The notes below the pieces were generated by a model that saw only the letters and a list, made by a program, of their open reading frames with translations, ran no database searches and had not been told where the DNA came from. Below, in pieces: positions 32,699 through 48,053 of a DNA stretch of 64,000 nucleotides. The DNA is from the human T2T-CHM13v2.0 reference genome, Homo sapiens. Positions within the stretch are counted from its first letter, which is position 1; the number at the start of each line of letters is the position of its first letter. Made by a program: the position numbers and the translations under genes. Location: the NCBI RefSeq assembly GCF_009914755.1, contig NC_060926.1. One strand, given 5' to 3'.

Positions 32699-34495
32699 CT
32701 GGGTTTGTTGTTGTTGTTGTTTTTTGTTTTTAAATAATAGCCATCCTAATGGATATGAAATTACCCATTGTGGTATCATTGTGGTTTTGATTTGCATTTC
32801 CCTAATGATAAGTGATATTAAGCATCTTTTCATGCACTTATTGGCCATTTGCTTATCTTCTTTGGAAACTGTCTACTCAAGTTCTTTGCCCATTTTTAAA
32901 ATCAGGTTGTTTGTTTTTTTGTTGTTGTTGAGTTATAGAGGTTCTTTATCCCTCTGTGGTCCTGAGCACTCACCTCCAGCCACAAGCCAGTGCACTCAGC
33001 CAGCAGAGACCTGCATTGGGTGTCTCCAAGTGTGAACCGTGACCGTTTGGTGGACTATGAAATCATTTACTGGATCATCACTGAATAAAAAGAAATGAAA
33101 CCAAATAGAATCAAAAATCCAGAATTCATTACAGGTGGTAAGGTTAAGTATTGTTATATCAAACCTTTTGTTATATGTATAGATATATGTGCACACACAC
33201 AAACATAATATATGTATGTGTATGTATTCCAGTTTACAATGAAAAATGTATTTGTTAACTGCAATTTGCAGGACAAAATATTTGAGAAACACTGCACTAC
33301 AAGTTAAATAAATTCACCCTTCTTAGAAAGCAGTGAAGCAACCATCAGTTGTTACTTAAGAAGATCTTGGAAGGTCTCATGTACCCACTCAATCCACTTG
33401 TCAAAGTATTCACCCCCCAAAATAGCCCTCTTTGAAGGTGGGAACAGGGTGGTGGTAGTGATCTGAGAGTCTGGCTGCATGGCATATGAGCAGTTTATAT
33501 GGTTAATAGTTAGTGGGCATGCCCACATGCTGGGTAGACATGGGACATCACAGGATGGTGACTCCTCCAGGGCAGGACTCCCTTCTCCCGCCTCATGAGG
33601 GTGGAAACCAGGCTGCCCCTGGAACAGGAGGTCTCCCTCTGCCTTGGAGGCTCCATGGGCAGCCGCTTGGTGTCACAAGATGCATCCAGGACTGGGCATC
33701 AGAGGTTCAGACCCCAGTCCTGATGCTACTCGTAGGTTGGGCAATCTGGATAAAGGCTGACAATCTGCCTCAATTCACCTAGAGACACAAAACTACTTCT
33801 GTAAAACCAGGATGTTGATGAAGAGTTCTGTTGTCCTCACAGTGGAGCTGAGAAGGCCGAATAGTGGAAGAAGCAAACAAGTTTTGTAAAGTGAGAGAGA
33901 AATATCAGATGCTGTCTTTCACAAAGCCCATGGGTTTGTCTTTCCCTGCCCATGGGTTCCCAGAGCCCCTCATTCTGCCCTTCCTAGAACCATACTCCTA
34001 GAGCTGCCTATGGAGAAGTTGGCCCAGGCTGGAGGTCAGAGCCCCAGGCAGCCTCCAGAGGGGCCAAGGGTAGGTATGAAGTCAGCAAGGAGCCCTGGGA
34101 AATAGCCCTTCAGAGGCAGCTGGCTGCCCAAGCCTCCATCCAACCTGTAAGTCGTGGGTAGGGACAGCCCCAAGAGGGAGGGCAGGAACACCAGAAGCAG
34201 TGTCTACTAGTCCTCAGCCTTGAGTTACACATTCAGATGCCCAACACTGCTATGATACTGACTTAATTCTCACCATGACAAGTCCTGGCTGGCCTCACAT
34301 TTGCTGTTAGACACAGCTCAACCTATAATGCAGGGAAGGTACTGGTTTGCAAGGAAAAGACTGTACCCATTCAGTGCTGTCCCTCACCATGCCTAGGGGC
34401 TTCCTCAGTGATCTTCTTGGGAAGAGGACTATTTCTGACCCACTCTGCACTCATCTCAACCCTGCCCACAGAGTCTAGTACATAGCAGTAGCTTA

Positions 34496-34823
<328 letters not shown>

Positions 34824-35664
34824 CAATTTATTGAACTCATGGATGAATGATTTGGGTGGTGAGGAAGTAGTTTCCCCAATAGACTCTCAACAATCTTAGG
34901 AATTTGCAACCTTCTTCGAGTTGAAGGAGATGGGGGTACAAAGATGATGAACGTCAGGGTGATGCAGTGGCCTGATCAGGGCACTCAGGGAGCTCAGGGT
35001 AGGAAATGTTTTCGAACCAGAAAGAAATTATTTCAGTATATTTATAACCTGTCCTGTTACATTGTTGCAAAGGGGGTTGAAGGATATCCCTGACTGTAAG
35101 GCATCTGCTGGAAATTCCCACCTTTAACTGAAGGTCTCAGGATCACTCAATTCAGGCCACAACTGCACATCTCCAGAATGCAGCTCAGTCTCCTACCACC
35201 TACATACAGAGCCCTCTCCTCTTCCAGCCCCAGGATTCCCTGGTCCCTACAGCATGTGAGACACCAGGATGGCGCCAGGAGAGAAGCACTGGGCTGAACA
35301 GAAGCTGAGAAGAGGTTCAGGCCTGTGCACAGTAAAGGGATGATGGTGGTGGGTGGGGTGGTCATGCCCCCAATTCTGCCACTATCTCAGGGTAGGTCAG
35401 GCATCCACCTCTCAGGAACCAAGAACCATCATCCTCCTCCCTTCTCCAATATTCATTTCAGAGGTCAAACAGTTTGTCATTTAGGTCTTCAAACACAAAG
35501 GTTCTCATTATTACCCGCTTTCCCTGGCCACCTGCCCTGCACTCTCCTCAAGTGTTATTATATATGATATAATTATCAGTATGGCTGGATTTAAGTCTTT
35601 TATCTTGCTATTTGTTTTCCATTGTAACCAGCTATTCTTTCTTCCTTTTTTCCTCTTTTCCTGA

Positions 35665-36029
35665 TGTATTAGTTTGTTCTCACACTGCGAATAAAGACAT
35701 AACCAGGACTGGGTAATATATAAAGGAAAGAGGTTTCATTGACTCACAGTTCAGCATGTCTGGGGAGGCCTTACAATCATGGCAGAAAGCAAAGGGGAAG
35801 CAAGACACGTCTTACATGGCAGCAGGCAAGAGAAAGCTTGTACAGGGGAACTCCCCTTTGTAAAACCATCAGATCTCATGAGACTTATTCACTAGCGCAA
35901 GAACAGCACAGGAAAAACCCAAGCCCATGATTCAGTTACTTCCCACCGGGCCCCTCCCGTGGCACGTGGGAATTATGGGAGCTACAATTCAAGATGAGAT
36001 TTGGGTGAGGACACAGCCAAACCATATTA
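35665..36029 (-). mobile_element. THE1-type MaLR solo LTR
   Basis: 365 bp with THE1 terminal sequence; perfect 5-bp TSD CCTGA. Confidence 0.88.
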
Positions 36030-37513
36030 CCTGACTTTTTTTCTCTTGGTTGGTGAATACGTTTTTTGAAATTGAGGTGAATTTAAAGTAATATTTCAGT
36101 AGCATTTATTACATTCACAAGGTTGTACAACCATTGCCTCTATCTAGCTTCAAAACACTTTTATCACTCCAAAAGGAAACCTCATATTCATTAAGCAGTT
36201 GCTCCTCATTTTCCCTTCAAACCCTACCATCCCCAGCCCATAGCAACCACCAACTTACATTCTGTCTATGAATTTACCTGTTCTGGATATTTCATGTAAA
36301 TGGAAACATACAACATATAGCATTTTGTGTCTGGCTACTTTCACTTAGCATAACGTTTTTGAGATTCATCCACATTGTAGCAGCTGTCAGTACTTCATTA
36401 CTTTTTATGGCTCAATAATATTCCACTGTATCCATATACCACAATTTATCCATTCACCAGTTGATAAACATTTGAGCTGTCTTCACCTTTTGGCTACTGG
36501 GAATAGTGCCACTGTGAACATGGTATGCACATGTATTTATTTGAGGATGTGTTTTCAATTCTTTTGGATATATACCTAGCTCTAGAATTGCTGGGTCATA
36601 TTGTAATTCTATAATTAACTTTTTCAAAGACCTTCGAACTGTTTTCCAGAGGTTGAACCATTTTACGTTCCCACCAGCAATCTAAAGGGTTCCAATTTCT
36701 TCACATCTTCACCAACACTTATTTTCCTTCCCCCACCCCTAATTATAGCCATCCTAGTGGGTGTAAAGGGGTACCTCATTGAGGTTTTTATTTACATTTA
36801 CCTAATGACTAACTACTAATGATGTTGAATACCTTTTCATGTGCTTGTTGGTGATTTATATCTTGTTTGGAGAAATGTCTGTTCAAGTCTTTTGCCCCTT
36901 TAAAAAAATAAACTATTTGTCATTTTATTGTTGAATGATAAGAGAACTTTATACATTCTGGATGCTAGAGTCTTATGAGCTATTTAATTTGTAAGTATTT
37001 TCTCTCATTCTGTATGCTGTCTTTTCACTTTCTTGATAATGTCCTTTGAAGCAGAAAAGTTTTGTAATTTTTATGAAGTCCAGTTTTGGTTTTACTTTTG
37101 TTGTTATGCTTTTGACATCATATATAAGAAACTGTTGATCTATCCCTAGGTTTTCTCCTAAAAGTTTATGGTCTTAGCTCATGTCTTTTGGTTGTCAATT
37201 CATTTTGAGTAAATGTCTGTATATGTTGAGAGGGAAAGATCCAGACTCATTCTTTTGCTTGTGGATATCTAGTTTGTCTCATCACCATTTATTGAAGAGA
37301 CTACTGTTTTCCTAAGACCATTGAATGATCTTGGCACCCTCCTGACTTCCTTTTTGATTTTTTTTTTTTTTTTGGTATTCCACTTTGTCTTTACTGTTGG
37401 CTTATTAAAAAGACCTCTTTGCTTTATTTATGTATTTATGTATGTATTTATTTATTTATAGTGATTGCTCTAGGTTTTACAACATGCATCTTTAAGTTTT
37501 CTTAGTCTACCTT

Positions 37514-37919
37514 TGTTATAGTTTGAATGTATGTGTCCTTCCAAAATTTATGTTGGAACTTAAACCCCAAGGTGATAGTATTAAGAGGTGGAAACTTTGG
37601 GAGGTAATTTGGAAGGGGAGAGCCCTCATGGATGGGATTAGTGCCCTTATAAAAGGGCTTAAGAGTTTTTTGTTGTTTGTTTTAACCCCCTTTTCCCTTC
37701 TACCATGTGAGGTCATAGTGTTTGTTCCTTTCCCTCTGGAGCATGCAGCAACAAAATGCCATCTTGGAAGCAGAGCGTGAGCCCTCACCAGATGCCAAAT
37801 CTGCTGATTCCTTGATCTTAGACTTCCCAGCCTCTAGAACTAAGAGAAATGAACTTTTATTATTTATGAATGACCCAGTCTATGGTAGATTGCTATGACA
37901 GCAGGAAGAGACTAAGACA
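37514..37919 (+). mobile_element. MST-type MaLR solo LTR
   Basis: TG...CA ends; perfect 5-bp TSD ACCTT. Confidence 0.85.
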
Positions 37920-38104
37920 ACCTTCAGATAACACTATATCATTTAATGCGCAATGTAAGGATTTTATAAGAATATAGTTCTATTTCTGTTTTTCTATCCC
38001 TTTTGTTATTATTGTTATAGGTTCTATTTCTACATGTTATAAACCATGTAATATACTGCTATTAGTTTTGCCTTAGATGGTCAATTGTGTTTTTTATTTT
38101 TTTA

Positions 38105-38253
38105 ATTATATATATATATCTAACATTATATATCTAACATTATATTATATATCTAACGTTATATTATATACCTAACATATTATATATCTAACATTATATA
38201 TAATGTTATATCATATATAGTGTGTGCATGTATGTGTAGATAGATAGATAGAC

Positions 38254-38284
<31 letters not shown>
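38105..38284 (+). repeat. AT-rich degenerate minisatellite (tatatatctaacat units) followed by (GATA)n
   Basis: Directly visible. Confidence 0.9.
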
Positions 38285-38295
38285 ATGGTTTGGGG

Positions 38296-38602
38296 TTTTT
38301 TTGTTTTGTTTTGTTTTTTTGAGACATGGTCTGGCTCTATCACTCAGACTGGAGTGCAGTGGCATGATCTCAGCTCATGCAGCCTTGAACTCCTGGGCTC
38401 AAGTGATCTTTCCACCTCAGCCACCTGAGTAGCTGGGACTATAGGAGTGTGCCACCACACCCAACTATATTTTTGTATTTTTTGTAGAGATGGGGTTTTG
38501 CCATGTTGCCTAGGCTGGTCTTAAACTCTCCAGCTCAAGCAATATACCTGCCTCAGCCTCCAAAAGTTCTGGGATTACAGGTGTGAGCCACCATACCCGG
38601 CC
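38296..38602 (-). mobile_element. AluJ element
   Basis: Antisense diverged dimer. Confidence 0.9.
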
Positions 38603-40384
38603 AAGGTCAATTATGTTTTAAAGGAATTTTGTAACAGAGAAAGAAATGTCTCATATTTATCCATATATTTACCATTTCTGGTGCTCTTCATTTCTTTGTG
38701 TAGGTCAGTGGTTTCATGTGGTACCATGTTTTTTCTGCCTCGGGAACTTTATTTTGTATTTCTTGTATTGAAGATCTTCTGGTTTAAAAAAAACTTTAAG
38801 CCTTTTGTTGTCTGACAAACATTTATTTTACCTTCAATTTTACAGAATATTTCTGGTGGATATAGAATTCTAGATTGACAGTGCTTTCTTTTTCTTTTAT
38901 CACTTTAAAGACGCGATTTCATTAAGTTCTAGTTTGCATTATTTCTGAAGAGAAGTCTGCAATTATATCTGTCTTTGTTCCCTGTATAAAATGTGTCTTT
39001 TTTTCTCTTTCTGCTTTTAATTTTTTTCTACTTATTACTGGTTTTCAGTGATTTAATTACAAAGTGCCTCGCTTGATATGGTTTGCTTTGTTTTTCTCCT
39101 ACTTTGGATTTGTTGAGCTTCTTGGCGCTATACGTTTACAATTTTCATGAAATATGGGACTTGTTTTTGGCCTTCAAATCATCACCGTTAATCCTTTTCG
39201 AGGACTCCAGTTTTTAATATCATCTTAAGGTGACTGAGGCTCTGTGTTTCTGTGTTTCTTTTGTTTCCTTTCTCTCTGCTTTAATTGGGACAGTTTCTAT
39301 TGCTATGTCTTCAGTGTCACAGATATTTCATTCCACAATGTCTAACCTACTGTTAAGTTCAGCCACTGAATTATTCATTACAGGTGTTGTATTTTTTAGC
39401 TCCAGAAGTTCCATTTGGTTATTTTCTATATCTTCCAGTTTTTTCTTCACTATGTTCATGTTTTCCTTTAAATCCTTGTTTTATTTTAATTTTTTAAGTC
39501 CTTGTCTGCTAACGTTATTATCTCTGTCATTTTGGGGTTTGTTTCTATTAAATGATTTTTCTCCTGATTTTGGGTTCTATTTGCCTACTTATTTGCATAT
39601 CTAGTATTTTTAACATTCTGAATTTAATGTTGTTAAATGTCTGTATTTTGTTGTTTTAAAAATGGTAAAATTTGTTTTGGCTGGCAGTTACGGTAGTAGC
39701 GGATGAACTTCCTCTTTTTGAGGCTGCTTTCTAAACCTTGTTGGAGGAAGTCTAGAGTTACCTCACTTTTCGGCTTAGTTAGCCCTTCTCCTAATGCCTT
39801 ACTTACCCTTTTGGGATTTCTACTGAATTCCCTGGACAGTCAGCAAGGTTTCTTCACATTGGCGAGTTGAAACTCAAACATTGCCCAGTGAGCCCTGGGA
39901 ACCAATCAGCTCACAGCTCCGCGGTAGTTCTTTGCATCGCACTGTGAAGTTTCACCTTATGCATGTGCAGCTTAGTATTCAGCAACAGATTCACAGGGAT
40001 TCCAGGAGCCTGTTTTGCTGTTATATTCTCTCCTTTCTGATACTCTGCCTTGAAAAGTCTGCTCAACTATCTCCTCAACTCAGCAAGACCACTATGCTCT
40101 GCTTGGGTTCCCCCTCATTGTGCTGCAATTTAGACAGCATTTTTCAGCAGAAAGTTAGAGTGATAGGGTTTGCCCCATTTGTTCCCTACTTTCAGGAATC
40201 ACGGTGCTGTGCTACATGCTGTTCAATGTCTGAAAAGAGAGGTTTCATATATTCTGTTCAATTTTAAAGTTGCTCACATTAGAAAGGTACAGCCAATACC
40301 AGTTATTTGGGTATGGTAGAGGTGGAAATCTCTACTCCCTCTACATGAAGCACATTAATAAAGTGATCTGCTTCTCCAGTCTCT

Positions 40385-40910
40385 TCTCAGGAGCCTGGGT
40401 TGCAAGCAACAGAAGCTGTTTGTGGCTGATTAAACAGAAAGAAATCTTAAAAGGATCACAGGCAGGTCACAGGATTTAGAAAGGCTAGAAAAGCTGCTCA
40501 AGATAGAAACAGTGTCCGACACATGACTCAGGAACTAATTTGATGAGAAAACCACTTTCAATACCATTGCTTTCACCAAACCCTAGACAACTCATGTGTA
40601 CAGTTGTCACTTCTGAACCAGGAACTCAATTATACCACAACCAACACCACTGCCTGCCCTGATGTGCCACTTCCTGGGTCAGGAACTGAACTGTGTACCC
40701 ACCACTAAAGCTGCAGCCTCCAGAGACAATGTGCCCTGTATTTAACTCTGGCTACACTAGCTTTTAAGTCTGACAAGGAAAGCAAGAGTCTGTAATTTCA
40801 GCTTCTATAAGGAAGGGATATTCTTTTCTTCCCACCAAGGCTCACCATGTAGAAGATTCTTCAAACCCAAAATGTGGTTCTGATGTCCAGTGGCCAAAAC
40901 ATCCACTATG
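40385..40910 (-). mobile_element. Ancient MLT1-type MaLR LTR overlapping the 40846 exon donor
   Basis: ggttgcaagcaacagaa at one end and catccacta at the other, typical of antisense MLT1. Confidence 0.45.
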
Positions 40911-40960
40911 GAAGAACAACTCTGTGTGAGTCTTGGGATGGTTTTCTGGCACTCTTGGTT
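40846..40960 (-). other. ATP6V1E2: Predicted ATP6V1E2 5'UTR exon (115 nt)
   Basis: Acceptor gattttattttatgtttcAG and donor ATG|GTGAGC on the minus strand; consistent with recalled gene structure. Confidence 0.65.
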
Positions 40961-41588
40961 CTGAAACATAAAATAAAATCATTAATTTCATTTTTGGAGG
41001 AGGGATCTGTGATCTAGCCTCCTTTGGAGCCTATGAGAGGAGACCACTCCTAAATCATATGAGTATTCCATACCAGCAACCTCTAAGGAAATGTCCTTTC
41101 CTATAGTTCAGCAATGGGTGCTGATGCCATCAGTCACAATGACTAGTCTCCTGACCTTAGGTTGCAGCAGAAAACAGTTAGAAATGAAAATGGCAAAACA
41201 TTAAGAGCGCTTGAGCCGAAGTTCTCAGAGGCTGGGCCATTCTTCTGAGTTTCTGGTATGTAATCAACTAGAAAAAGAGATCTATGTACATTCTAACTGG
41301 GAATGAAAACCAGGCAAACCAATCCTACTGGATTTATTTATCAGCGTGATCATTAGGAACCAGTGACCTTTAAGAAATTGCTGTGGTGTTTAACTCATTG
41401 CAGTGTACCTACACTGGAGTGCAAAGAGAAGAGGGTGCCAATGGGAGGTTTTAGTGGCAGGGAGAAAAATAGGGATAGGGATAGGTAGGGCATGTGGCAG
41501 GATGCTGCAGGGAAGGCCAACAGGCACCCTGGGGAGTGAAGAGGCTGCAGTGTGAGGATTCTGGGCATTGTGGTGGGAAGAAGCATAA

Positions 41589-42173
<585 letters not shown>

Positions 42174-42184
42174 TAGGCAATAAT

Positions 42185-42775
42185 GTAGATGTATATTGCT
42201 GGTTGCCTCCTCAGCATGCATTCCCCCAGACTTGTCACCCACTGTGCAGAAACCACAGAACCTGGGTAGGTGTGAAACCCCAGCCCCTGTGGGGGCAGGG
42301 CTGATATGCCCAATTAGGATAGTCCCAACTCCTTGCCATAGTGATGGTTTTAGGGATGGACAGTAGCCCAGGCCTAAGGCAACAGTCACCTGACAGTTTA
42401 CTACCCACCATGACTGGTTCAGGGATGAACTAAGTTGAGCTAATCAGAAGAAGTTCAAGACTTTGTTCAATGAGTGGGTCAAGAGAAGCTCTCTTTCCTT
42501 CTGGAAAACATGGTATATGGATGGTGATGCCTGGACTTGGTGCAACCATTTTGCTTCCAGGAAAGAAGGTATGCTGAGTAGAAAGTTGACTCATAGAGAA
42601 GAAGAAAAACTGAGAGATGTGCAGAAAAAAAAAAAAAGAGTTCTGATCAATTCATGCCTGAAGCTTGGACTGCTTCTGGATTTTTCCATAACAGAAGTCC
42701 ATACACTTCCCTCATTGCTGAAGCTGGTTCGAGTTGAATTTTCTATGACTTGCAACCTAAAGCATCCTAGCCACA
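42185..42775 (+). mobile_element. MLT1-type MaLR LTR
   Basis: ...gagttgaattttctatgacttgcaacctaaagcatcct end and MLT1 internal motifs. Confidence 0.55.
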
Positions 42776-43802
42776 ACACCAAATGATCCCTTGGAGTCCA
42801 TTTTTCCATTTCCTAAGCAGACATGAGGGAACACACAAAATGATGCAAATGAATGTGTTTTAGAACATACTGTCCTCTAGAGTTCTAATCTCAGCTTGAT
42901 TTAGACAGTCAGTTGCGTGGTTAGGAAACAATCGGAGATGGAAAGGCTCAAAAAGCAAGGAAGAAGTCCAAAGAAGAAGTGGGAAGATAACAACAGAGGA
43001 CATTAAAAAGAAAAAAAAAAGTAGATGAAATCATAATGTAGATGCCTCAGAGTTATCGTAAAAACCTTGTTCTCTCTCGCCTCCTCTGTCATCCCCACAT
43101 CCCCACACTGCTACCAAGCCCTGTGGATTCCATCATCCAAATCTCCCTGAAACCCACTGCCTCCTCTTCATGTTCACTGCCATGCTTGGGTCAGACTGTT
43201 GTGATCTGTCTCCTCCTGGCTCTTTCTGCCTTCACCCTTATCCTTTCCAAATCCATTTTCTATGAGTCTCAGAGTGACCTTCCCAAATGACAGGTCCAAG
43301 CTTGTCATTTTTTTACTCAAAAACTTTTGATACCTTGTCAATGTGGAATATGGCAAATGCATTAGCTTTGAAGAGAGATGATTTTGAAACCTAGCTCTGC
43401 CACTTACCAGCTGTGTGATCTGGGGCAAGCTTCTTAATCTCATCATCTAATGTGAACTATAGATATAATATTATAATAGGATTCCTTTGGTTACCAGTTA
43501 CAGAAAACTAACCCCTACTCACTGGGCAAAAAAAAAAGGGGAAGATTTATTAACTCAAATGACAAATCAGAGAACAGTTGTGCAACAGGATCTCGGGGGT
43601 GATGCAAATTAGTAACTCACAGATGGCCTGTTTACTCTCTGCCCTTTGTGATGGGGGAGTAGTGGTGGTGGTGGTGGTGGTGGTGTTCTCTCTCTCTCTT
43701 TGCTTCTCTCTGCACTTTAGCTATATTTCCTTGGACTGGCTACTTTGTGAATGGCTGAAACATAAATGACCTACAGCTTCCAGGCTCACATCGCTCAGTT
43801 TA

Positions 43803-44036
<234 letters not shown>

Positions 44037-45189
44037 CTAATTGTCCCATCTTGAATCAGGTGTCCACCTAGGGATCAACAGGTACCAGGGGCAGGATGTA
44101 TAAGAAGACGGCAGCTTCCATTTAAACCACAAGATTACAGAGATTACATTATAAAAACATTTAGCAGAAGCAAATGGTGCTGTTCTGGATAGACAAACCA
44201 ATAGATACTCTCTACAAAGTTTACAAGGTTGTTTGGGGGATGAAATAAGATGTCCTATATCAATGAGCACCAAATACCCGGGACCATAACTGGATACAGT
44301 ATACAGCAGATGCTCTAGAAATTTGTGTTTATTCCCTTCATTACATCCTCGCTCCCAGAACCACTGCTTGCCTAGACAGTGCCTTCATCTTTTGCTACAT
44401 AGACCAAGGTTCCCCTCTGAGTGGATGCACCCCTATGGGCACAGGGTTTGACAAACAGAAGTCACATTTGTGGTAAGAAAAAAGTGCCCTTCTTGCAATG
44501 AACGCAGCCTTGAGCTGGGACCATGCCTTTGTAGTAAGCGTGTGGGTCAGATTTCTTCCTCAGTGGCCCCATTGGCCCTGGCCTTTGGCCTTTGTACAGT
44601 GGAGACTGCCCAACCCATGCCAGACCCTGCATTCTTCATATGGCTTTCAGAAGCTCATGGACTGCCTGCATTATATGGTTCCCAATTAAATACAAACCAG
44701 TTCCCCAGCACCACTAATCATGCACTCTGTCCACCTTACATGCCTCACCATTCCCAGGAAGTTGTGTGCTGTTCCTTCTTGCTTTGATGCAGTGCTCTTG
44801 GCCTTTCCCAGGCATTCTTACCTTACTCCCATTAGACTCTTAAGCCCCAGGTCAATGACATCACTTCTGCAAATCCTTCCTCAACACACCTGGACCTATG
44901 TACTAATTGCCTCCTCTGCACCTCCAGAAGCCTATTCTCTATTCTCTAGCACAGCACTGCTCACACTATAGAGTGCTTTCCTGTTTGCTAATAAGTTCCT
45001 TGAATGGTTTAGCTAGAAGTGACTGTGGCTTTCCAGCTCTTTGTCCCCAGCCCAGGAATAAAATCTGGCATCTAACAGACCTCAATAAATGCTTGTTAAT
45101 TGAAATATGGAATGAATTAAGTATGAGAGGAAGGAGGGAGTACAGGAAAAAGAGTAAGAGAAGGCTGATTAGGAATTTCACTGTTCTCA

Positions 45190-45515
<326 letters not shown>

Positions 45516-46423
45516 AATTTCACTGTTCTCACACAGACCTGTGTCTGTTTCAACATTTGCACAAATAAAAGGAGAGAAGCAAGCAGACAGCCTATGGGAC
45601 GCTCAGAAACAAAGTGCTTTCTATCTCCAATCCCTGAAATTTGAGAGCTTTTTCTGTAACTTTTTTTTTTTTTTACCACTTGGACATTATCTTCTTTGCT
45701 CATGGGAAAGTGAGGTTTCTGTTGCGGTCTGATTGGTGCTTCCAGCTAAGGCATTCATGGGCTGACAGGGGGGCATTCTGGATAGCCCCCCTCCCCATCC
45801 CACATATACACCAAGTGGGATCAGCTCCAGAGCTCTAAGTATTCCTGGCAGTCAGTTTTGGCAACTCTGTGGGCCAAAAGAATGAGGTCACTGTCACCAA
45901 TGAAGTCACCACTGCATGATTCATCGGACATCAGTTCCCCACTGGGAATGCTATGACATTCCCAGAGCTTCTCCTACTCTTAGCTCACATTTATAGATGA
46001 GAAAACGGAGGCCCAGAGAAGGGAAGTGACATGCTCAAGGTAACACTGCTAACCAGGGTCAGAGCTAGGACCAAACTCAGCTCTCCTGGCTGAGTGCTCT
46101 CCTTTTCAAGCTCCTGGATAGACCCTCCTTTCAGGACACGAGTCCCTGCAAATGCTGCCTGAACAAATGGTCCTGCAAGCCAAGAATGGGGCAGGCCCTG
46201 CTCTCTTTCTCTCTAAGAGCAAGTAGCAGAGGCCGGTCTTGAACCAGGAACTGACCTGAAGGCACTTTTCTGCCTTCCTCAACCTGTTATTCAGTCCATA
46301 CAAAATATCTTCCAGATTCATTGCATCTAAAGCAGCTAGCAATGCGCATACCTAGTCGCAGACACGCAGGGCCAAAGGGTGGGTCCTGGGGAGAGGCTCA
46401 ATGAGAATCTGCAAGGAACTTAC

Positions 46424-46487
46424 AGTGATTTCCGAAGCCTTCCTGGGAGAGTGGAAATCAGATTCGGAGTTTGAGAGTTCAGGCCTC
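46424..46487 (-). other. ATP6V1E2: Predicted ATP6V1E2 5'UTR exon (64 nt)
   Basis: Acceptor ttcccgttcctcactatccAG|G and donor ACT|GTAAGT on the minus strand. Confidence 0.5.
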
Positions 46488-47249
46488 CTGGATAGTGAGG
46501 AACGGGAATACAACAGTGAGCATTTCCCCAAGTGTGCTCCAAGTTCTTGAGTACTGGGAGCAGCTGGAAGCCTTTGGGACAACCGCTTCACCTTTCTAGG
46601 TCTCAGTTTTCTTCCCTACAACCTAAGGGTGATGGTCCAGTTGACCTCCGCGCTGCCTCTCAATGCTGCATTTTTCTAACGCTGTGAATCGATGAAAGGA
46701 AGCGATTACCTCTAGTCAGCAAGTTGAGGGGAGGGGTGCGGTGTCAGCGCAGAGTGCACCCCCGCCCCAATGCCCAGTGTTCAATGCTGCATTCTTGGCC
46801 AGTGAACAGGACCTGGCCAGATGGGTGTGTTCCGGCATCGCCAGGCAGAGGGGCAGGGGTTGCCGCCTCGAGCACAGGCCAAGTTTCAGAGCACTAGTGT
46901 GTATCAGTTCTCCGGGATTACAACGGAATACCTTTGAGGAACATTGGGGACCGAAAGGCGACCTCGGAGAATGTGGCCTCCAGGGGGAGCCCAGGTACAT
47001 TTGCCGGGTCCGGAGCCGACGGGGTATCCCTTTTCTGGCTGGTGTGTGTGTGGAGGGGCGTGCTTCAGTGGTTCAACACGCTGTATCTCCCTTAGTCACC
47101 GGTTTCATAGTAAATGATTAAAGCTCGTGCTACGGAAGGCGTGGGGTGGTGGTGGTGGGGGGGACCACGCAATAAGCCAGGGTTCCTGCTTTCCAGCTCA
47201 AGGACCGCCACCACCCCACGCGCCTTAAATTTTTTTTTTTTTTTTTTAC

Positions 47250-47590
47250 CCTTTTGGTCTCTCCTCCTTGATTTCTAGTTCCGTTGTGCACTTAGAGGCC
47301 GAGAGGATGGCTCTGGCCTTCCGGGTGGAGGTGAAATATGCATGTATAATTTGGCATGACTATTGCGTCATCGTGGAGGTCGTCGTGGTTCCCCGAGAGG
47401 CCTCCACGTCTTCTCCCAGCATCGGGGCCTTTGGACGCTTCCGGGCGCTGCGGGCACTTGCGCGAGGAGCCCTCGGCTCCCCAGGCGACTCCCCTCCTCC
47501 CCTCCGCGGTCCTCGGCTCCTCCTCCTCCTGCGCGCCCCTCCGCGCGGCCCTCGCAGGGAGTGGGGCTCGGGTGCGCCGGCAGGGCCGCG
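47250..47590 (-). other. ATP6V1E2: Predicted ATP6V1E2 first exon inside the CpG island (TSS approximate)
   Basis: Minus-strand donor AGG|GTAAAA at 47250/47249; the TSS cannot be read from sequence and is placed from recall. Confidence 0.45.
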
Positions 47591-48053
47591 CGGCGGCAGC
47601 AGGCGGGGGCGCGTGGCGCGGGCCGCGCTCGGGGAGGCGCCTGGGCCCGCCCTCCTCCGGGGCGCCGCGGGAGGGGCCCGGGTTGGCGCGGGGCGGGGAG
47701 AGCCGCCTGGCCCCTCCCCTCCGCCGCCCTCCCCAAAGTTGCCGTCTCCCCCGGGGCCGGCCGGTCTTATGATCCGGCGGATCCTCCTGGGGAGGCCGGG
47801 CCGGGGAGAGGGCGCGGGCGCCGAGTGGCGGGGGCAGCGAGCGGGCGCGGCGACCGGGGCCGGGGCGGGGATCCGGGCGGCGACCGCGGCGGCGGCAGCG
47901 CCCCGGGCCCGCCGCCCCCTCCCCTCCTGCGAGGGGAGCCGCTGCATGGGGCCGGGGGGGCGGCCCTGCGGCGCGGAGCGGCGGCGACGGCGGCGGACCC
48001 CCCAGGCGGGCTGGGGCTGAGCCCGGGGCCGGGGCGGGGGCTCCGGGGGGACC

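Larger units (their letters stand above)
35550..40330 (-). mobile_element. Cluster of old antisense L1 fragments (L1M) hosting THE1, MST and Alu insertions
   Basis: T-rich decayed L1 3'UTR/ORF2 at 36060-37340 and spacer/ORF1-like sequence further on. Confidence 0.65.
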
